Positions 7,376 to 11,856 of a stretch of DNA of 11,856 bases are shown here, piece after piece (within the stretch, counting starts at the first letter, position 1; every line of letters starts with the position of its first letter). Where the stretch lies: contig JBHIBS010000045.1 in NCBI GenBank assembly GCA_046759165.1, positions 1 to 11,856 of the forward strand. Reading direction: 5' to 3'. Position numbers and translations under genes: made by a program. The notes under the pieces were generated by a model, which saw nothing but the letters and a program-made list of their open reading frames with translations, had not been told where the DNA came from and did not search any database. This stretch comes from a bacterium. GTDB taxonomy: Bacteria; UBA6262; WVXT01.

Positions 7376-7553
7376 CATAGCGGTTTCACCCTGCCTCTTC
7401 CAGGCAAATCATTGTCCGACGACCCGAGGAGAGGAGTTTCGATTTGCCCCCTCGAGAGTCCGAGCTTTTTTCGGGTTAAGAATTTCCCCAGCGAGGAACA
7501 AACTATCTCTTAAGTCTACTGACCAGGTGGCTTAAAAAATCGAAACCGCCATA
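7376..7553 (-). ncRNA. Putative structured RNA (unassigned multi-branch ncRNA or cis-regulatory leader); may extend to 7297
   Basis: Closing stem ATGGCGGTTTC (7552-7542) / GAAACCGCTAT (7387-7377), extendable to 13 bp with three G-U pairs, encloses four internal hairpins. No credible ORF in the gap. Confidence 0.45.
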
Positions 7554-7559
7554 TCTAAA

Positions 7560-8417
7560 TTATATTCTGGATTTGACATAATAGTCTATTAATTTTTCGA
7601 GGATATCTGCTCTTTTTTCAAATATCTTCAGTGGAACTTTAGCACTTTTAATCAGCCTTTTCACTTTCTCTCTGGAAGCTTTTAAACCGTGAATTCGAGG
7701 ATAAGTTAACTCTCTCTTCTCCTTCTTATCTAAGATGTCATCAGTAATCTGAAAGGCTAATCCGAAACTTCTACCATATTTGTCGAGCGCTTTCAACTCT
7801 CCAGTAGAAGCACCTGCCAGCATCGCTCCCACTCTTAATGCCACACTAATTAGCGTACCAGTCTTGTGCGAATGGATGTAAGCTAATTTCTTCTCCTTTT
7901 CCGCTTGTGTTCCTGAACTTAAAGATTGAATATCCTCCACCTGTCCCCCCAGCATGCCCTCCGTTCCTATAGCTCGAGTGATCTTTCCAATTACCTTTGC
8001 TTGAACAGCTCCATCTTCGGGGAATCTCATTCCGGATAAAACTTCAAAGGCTCTGGTCAACAATGCGTCGCCAGCCAAAATAGCCATAGCTTCTCCGAAC
8101 TTCTTGTGACAAGATAATTTTCCCCGCCGATAGTCGTCGTCATCTATTGCCGGAAGGTCATCATGAATAAGAGAATAGGTATGGACCATTTCTATGGCGC
8201 AGGCAACAGGCAGGACAGCAGAGGCTTTCCCTCCACAAGCTTCTGCTGCAGCAATAACGAGAATGGGCCTCAGGCGTTTTCCCTTTCCAAAGACAGCATA
8301 GCGCATAGCCTGATGAATTATTGCTGGATATTTCTTGGGAGAAAGAAGGAGTCTATTTAAAGTAGACTCAATAGCAACTCTCTTTTCCTTTAAGTATTTC
8401 TCAATTGAGCAGCCCAT
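7560..8417 (-). CDS. ispA: Polyprenyl synthetase (farnesyl diphosphate synthase / geranyltranstransferase), 285 aa
   Basis: GKRLRP, FARM HTYSLIHDDLPAIDDDDYRRGK with an aromatic residue at -5 (short-chain type), GMLGGQVED, HKTG, SARM FQITDDILD. xseA-xseB-ispA-dxs synteny. Confidence 0.93.
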   Translation of the reverse strand: MGCSIEKYLKEKRVAIESTLNRLLLSPKKYPAIIHQAMRYAVFGKGKRLRPILVIAAAEACGGKASAVLPVACAIEMVHTYSLIHDDLPAIDDDDYRRGKLSCHKKFGEAMAILAGDALLTRAFEVLSGMRFPEDGAVQAKVIGKITRAIGTEGMLGGQVEDIQSLSSGTQAEKEKKLAYIHSHKTGTLISVALRVGAMLAGASTGELKALDKYGRSFGLAFQITDDILDKKEKRELTYPRIHGLKASREKVKRLIKSAKVPLKIFEKRADILEKLIDYYVKSRI

Positions 8418-8427
8418 CGGAGCAATT

Positions 8428-8703
8428 CTATTCCGTAGAACTCGGATTATCAGAGTTATTATTCTTCTCTTCGACCTCTTCTTCCAAATTGAACGGTTTT
8501 GCTACCAGCTCTGCCTTCTCAGATTTCGTCAAGATCTCAATTTTCTTTTTCGCTTCTTCGAGTTTCGCTGAACAGAATTTTGATAACTTTATGCCTTCCT
8601 CAAATAATTTCAAAGAATCCTCAAGAGACTTTTCTCCTCCCTCCAACTCTTGAACTATCTTTTCCAATCTATTTATTGCTTCTTCGAACTTAATCTCTTC
8701 CAT
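8428..8703 (-). CDS. xseB: Exodeoxyribonuclease VII small subunit, 91 aa
   Basis: FEEAINRLEKIVQELEGGEKSLEDSLKLFEEGIKLSKFC signature, RBS AGGAGAGG upstream, follows xseA. Confidence 0.97.
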   Translation of the reverse strand: MEEIKFEEAINRLEKIVQELEGGEKSLEDSLKLFEEGIKLSKFCSAKLEEAKKKIEILTKSEKAELVAKPFNLEEEVEEKNNNSDNPSSTE

Positions 8704-8715
8704 TTTCCTCTCCTT

Positions 8716-9957
8716 TCAATTGTCTGGTCCTTCTATCTTTGTTCCCTCTGGCGTTTCAGTTTCTTCTACTGTACAAATTATTTCGCCCTGGTGTAGCTTA
8801 ACTTTTACTCTATCTTTCATCTTAACTTGGGATGTTTTCTTCAAAACTTCATTTTCTGGCAATTTATAGGTGATGCTGTATCCCCTGGCTAAAATATTCA
8901 GCGGGGACAGAACATCTAACTTTCCAGCAATTGAATTTAACCTCTCTTTCTGGAAATCCAAAAAATGGGTACACTTTGAAACTATTTTCTCTAGATAGTA
9001 ATCTATTTCCTGTTGAAATTGGGAGTATAGTTGTTCAGGATGGAGAAAGATTCCACTCTCCACAATGCGTCTGTGTTGGCTGGTGCGTTCATCCAATTCA
9101 CTCTCCATCGACGATTTAATCTTAGAAGTCAAAAGCAAGATCTTCTTTTCCAACTCAATTTTATTGGTAACCACTAATTCCGCAGCGGCTGAAGGCGTGG
9201 GTGCGCGAAGGTCGGCAACGAAATCAGCAATGGTATAATCAACTTCGTGACCAACAGCCGAAATTACAGGAATCTTGGAGTTATAGATAGCCCGTGCAAC
9301 AATTTCTCTGTTAAAAGGCCAAAGGTCTTCTAGGGACCCACCACCCCTTCCCACGATTAAGACATCCAGAGAGGGAAAATCTTGGTTAAGATAGGTTATT
9401 GCTTCCGCAATCTCGCCGGCTGCACGGTCACCCTGGACCCTGACTGGATGGACTAAAATATGTACATTGGCAAATTTGCGCTCAATTATATTCAAGATGT
9501 CACGGATTGCTGCTCCGGTAGGTGATGTAACTATGCCAATCTTCTGAGGTAACATGGGTATCGGTCTCTTGCGCGCTTCATCGAATAGACCTTCTGTTTC
9601 CAGTTTCCGCTTCAATTGTTCGAATGCTTGTTGCAATGCGCCTATCCCTATAGGTTCGAGACCGTAGACAATAATCTGGTATCTCCCACCTTTGACGAAG
9701 ACACTTATCTTTCCTCTGGCAACTACCTTCATTCCATTTTCTGGCATAAACTCCAGTTCTCTAACCTGCCACTTATACATGATGGCGTTTATCTGGGCAT
9801 CTTCGTCTTTTAAACTGAAATAGAGGTGCCCTGAGGAATGGAAGGTAAGATTGGATATCTCTCCTTCAACCCAAATCTCAGGAAATTCGCCTTCCAGGAT
9901 ATTCCTTACTATTTTATTTATCTCCGATACTTTATAAATCTTTCTAGGCTCTTCCAC
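8716..9957 (-). CDS. xseA: Exodeoxyribonuclease VII large subunit, 413 aa
   Basis: OB-fold WVEGEISN...SGHLYFSLKD, IVTSPTGAAIRD, GRGGGSLEDLWPFN, SAVGHEVD, ADLRAPTPSAAAE, SPLNILARGYS. GTG start with GGGAG at 9968-9964. Confidence 0.98.
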   Translation of the reverse strand: MEEPRKIYKVSEINKIVRNILEGEFPEIWVEGEISNLTFHSSGHLYFSLKDEDAQINAIMYKWQVRELEFMPENGMKVVARGKISVFVKGGRYQIIVYGLEPIGIGALQQAFEQLKRKLETEGLFDEARKRPIPMLPQKIGIVTSPTGAAIRDILNIIERKFANVHILVHPVRVQGDRAAGEIAEAITYLNQDFPSLDVLIVGRGGGSLEDLWPFNREIVARAIYNSKIPVISAVGHEVDYTIADFVADLRAPTPSAAAELVVTNKIELEKKILLLTSKIKSSMESELDERTSQHRRIVESGIFLHPEQLYSQFQQEIDYYLEKIVSKCTHFLDFQKERLNSIAGKLDVLSPLNILARGYSITYKLPENEVLKKTSQVKMKDRVKVKLHQGEIICTVEETETPEGTKIEGPDN

Positions 9958-9960
9958 CTT

Positions 9961-10764
9961 TCACTCCCTATTCTCTTCTACTCTTCCCCCAAATGGTTTA
10001 GCAATTCTCCTTATGCTTTTTGCCTTTCCTGTCTTCTCATCGATTTCCACCACTGCTCCTGCAAAAACTAAATCATCTCTTGCCACTTCAAACCTGATCG
10101 GCATCTGGGTTAAATACTTCTTCAGGATAATCTCCTTCTTTATCCCGATGATTGAATCCAGAGGGCCGGTCATTCCTATATCAGTAATATAAGCTGTCCC
10201 CTGCGGAAGAATTCGCTCATCAGCAGTAGGAACATGAGTATGAGTACCTATTACCGCACTCACTTTACCATTTAAGTACCAGCCCATGGCAACTTTCTCT
10301 GAGGTGATTTCCGCATGCATATCCACAACGATTATCTTTGTCTGTTTACTGATTTCTTGTATGATCCTGTCAGCTGTACGAAAAGGACACTCTAGGGTAG
10401 ACATATAGACTCTACCCATAAGATTTATAATACCAACTTTTATTCCATTACTTACTTGAATGATCGCCCAACCTTTTCCCGGGACTTCCGGCGGAAAATT
10501 TGCTGGTCTCAAGATATTCTCTTCTTCGATTATTTCTGAAATCTCCTTCCTTGCCCATACGTGATTGCCCATAGTAATTATATCGACACCCGTTGAAAAT
10601 ACCTCACCAGAAATCTTAGGAGTGAGACCGAAACCGCCTGCTGCATTTTCACAATTAGCAATCACAAATTGAATATTTTCCTCTCTTATTATCCTGGGGA
10701 GAATATTTTTCACTACCTGCCTACCCGGTTTACCAATTACATCAGCAATAAACAGTATTCTCAC
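9961..10764 (-). CDS. ymdB: TIGR00282/YmdB-family metallophosphoesterase (2',3'-cyclic nucleotide phosphodiesterase-like), 267 aa
   Basis: ILFIADVIGKPGR, NCENAAGGFG, TMGNH, DMHAEITSEK, GTHTHV, TDIGMTGP. Downstream of rny as in the conserved rny-ymdB pair. GTG start with AAGGAG at 10775-10770. Confidence 0.93.
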   Translation of the reverse strand: MRILFIADVIGKPGRQVVKNILPRIIREENIQFVIANCENAAGGFGLTPKISGEVFSTGVDIITMGNHVWARKEISEIIEEENILRPANFPPEVPGKGWAIIQVSNGIKVGIINLMGRVYMSTLECPFRTADRIIQEISKQTKIIVVDMHAEITSEKVAMGWYLNGKVSAVIGTHTHVPTADERILPQGTAYITDIGMTGPLDSIIGIKKEIILKKYLTQMPIRFEVARDDLVFAGAVVEIDEKTGKAKSIRRIAKPFGGRVEENRE

Positions 10765-10867
10765 CTTGTCTCCTTCAAAATTTCAGATTTATTTAGTTAT
10801 ACGCACGAATTCAGTCTGTGCATAACCTGTTTTGCACGGTCAAAAGCACACTCACAAATGTTGCGTC

Positions 10868-11856
10868 TTATTTTGCGGTCTCGATGGCTCTCGTCTCTCT
10901 GATAACGGTAACTTTTATCTGGCCAGGATACTCTATTTCTTTTTCAATTTTGTTAGCAATTTCCCTGGCAAGATTTTGTACCATATTATCCTCCACATCT
11001 TCTGGTTCCACAATAATCCTTACCTCTCGTCCGGCCTGAATGGCATAAGCTTTCTCTACTCCTCGAAAAGAATTGGCTACGTTTTCCAACTTCTCCAGCC
11101 TCTTTAAATAGTATTCGAGCGATTCTCTCCTTCCACCTGGACGGGAAGCAGAGATTGCATCAGCAGCCTGCAGCAGCACTGCTTCTATGCTCTGAGCCGG
11201 GCAGTCTTCATGATGAGCAGCAATGGCATTAACCATCTTCGAGGATTCGTTATGTTTTCTTGCCAAATCTGCACCAATCTGGGCGTGCGTTCCCTCCACG
11301 TCGCGATCGATAGATTTGCCTATATCATGTATCAACCCGGCCCGTCTGGCAAATTTCGCATCTACGCCTAACTCACTAGCCAATACAGAAGCTATGTGAG
11401 CTACCTCTAAAGAATGCTGGAGAACATTTTGGCCATAGCTGGTTCGATATTTAAGCCTAGCTATTAACCTAATTATTTCCGGATGGAGACCTTGAACGCC
11501 GATATCAAATGCTGCTTGTTCTCCCACTGACTTCAGATGGATTTCCATCTCTTTCTTTACCTTTTCTACGACTTCTTCAATTCTTGCCGGGTGAATCCTG
11601 CCATCGGCAATTAGCCTTTCTAAAGCAACCCGTGCAATTTCCCTTCTGACGCCATCAAAGGCAGAAAGTGTAATAGCTTCCGGAGTGTCATCAATTATTA
11701 AATCTACTCCTGTGGCGTTCTCAAAAGCCCGAATATTCCTACCTTCCCGACCTATCACGCGGCCTTTCATCTCATCATCTGGCAGGGAAACTGTGGAAAC
11801 CGTGATATCCGCAGTATGCTCCACAGCACAACGCTGGATAGCCTGACTTAAAATCC
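10868..11856 (-). CDS. rny: Ribonuclease Y (5'-partial; KH and HD domains)
   Basis: KH motif [28 protein letters not shown] motif [36 protein letters not shown]. The frame stays open from 11824 to the window edge (...[13 protein letters not shown]), so the true start lies outside the window. Confidence 0.98.
   Translation of the reverse strand, partial: ILSQAIQRCAVEHTADITVSTVSLPDDEMKGRVIGREGRNIRAFENATGVDLIIDDTPEAITLSAFDGVRREIARVALERLIADGRIHPARIEEVVEKVKKEMEIHLKSVGEQAAFDIGVQGLHPEIIRLIARLKYRTSYGQNVLQHSLEVAHIASVLASELGVDAKFARRAGLIHDIGKSIDRDVEGTHAQIGADLARKHNESSKMVNAIAAHHEDCPAQSIEAVLLQAADAISASRPGGRRESLEYYLKRLEKLENVANSFRGVEKAYAIQAGREVRIIVEPEDVEDNMVQNLAREIANKIEKEIEYPGQIKVTVIRETRAIETAK

Noticed and set aside
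7270-7475. RNase P RNA (GAGAGTCCGAGCT on plus; ACAGAAC on minus)
   Set aside because: The two partial motifs are on opposite strands, and the GAGGAAAGUCC / CGGCUUA P4 pairing is not present.
7126-7513. Short ORFs in the ispA-larA gap (7126-7407 minus, 7313-7513 plus, 6883-7335 plus)
   Set aside because: Two overlap larA out of frame or antisense; none has a convincing RBS or recognisable motif. The region is better explained by RNA structure or repeats.
7376-7553. 6S RNA, NiCo, c-di-GMP-I, glmS, T-box, SRP or tmRNA identity for the fold
   Set aside because: The length fits 6S, but the fold is multi-branched rather than a rod with a central bubble. Only fragments such as GGCAAA or CGAGG resemble the others; complete conserved cores were not found by eye. 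An Rfam search is needed for certainty.
488-11107. All other plus-strand ORFs and 4723-4926 (minus)
   Set aside because: They are antisense or out-of-frame shadows of well-supported housekeeping genes, with no recognisable domains.
1-11856. CRISPR array, tRNA, rRNA, transposase or integrase
   Set aside because: No regularly spaced direct repeats, cloverleaf/T-loop signatures, rRNA motifs or mobile-element ORFs were seen.

Overview
An 11.9-kb bacterial housekeeping region (about 40% GC by eye) with all real genes on the minus strand, in transcription order: rny (5'-truncated by the window edge), YmdB/TIGR00282 metallophosphoesterase, xseA, xseB, ispA, a ~340-360 nt non-coding gap, a LarA-family nickel-pincer racemase/epimerase, dxs, tlyA, leuS and an LptE-like lipoprotein (implying a diderm). 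The proteins are mostly ordinary; the unexplained signal is non-coding. (1) The ispA-larA gap holds a ~177-nt multi-branch fold whose stem mismatches mostly become G-U pairs on the minus strand, plus a possible long-range kissing interaction and an attenuator-like hairpin. It lies where OLE RNA lies in Bacillota, but it is shorter and is followed by larA rather than oapA. (2) Two clusters of degenerate GTAG-type REP-like palindromes. (3) A 111-nt element bounded by a perfect 17-bp inverted repeat just after lptE. All RNA structures were folded by eye; no searches were run.
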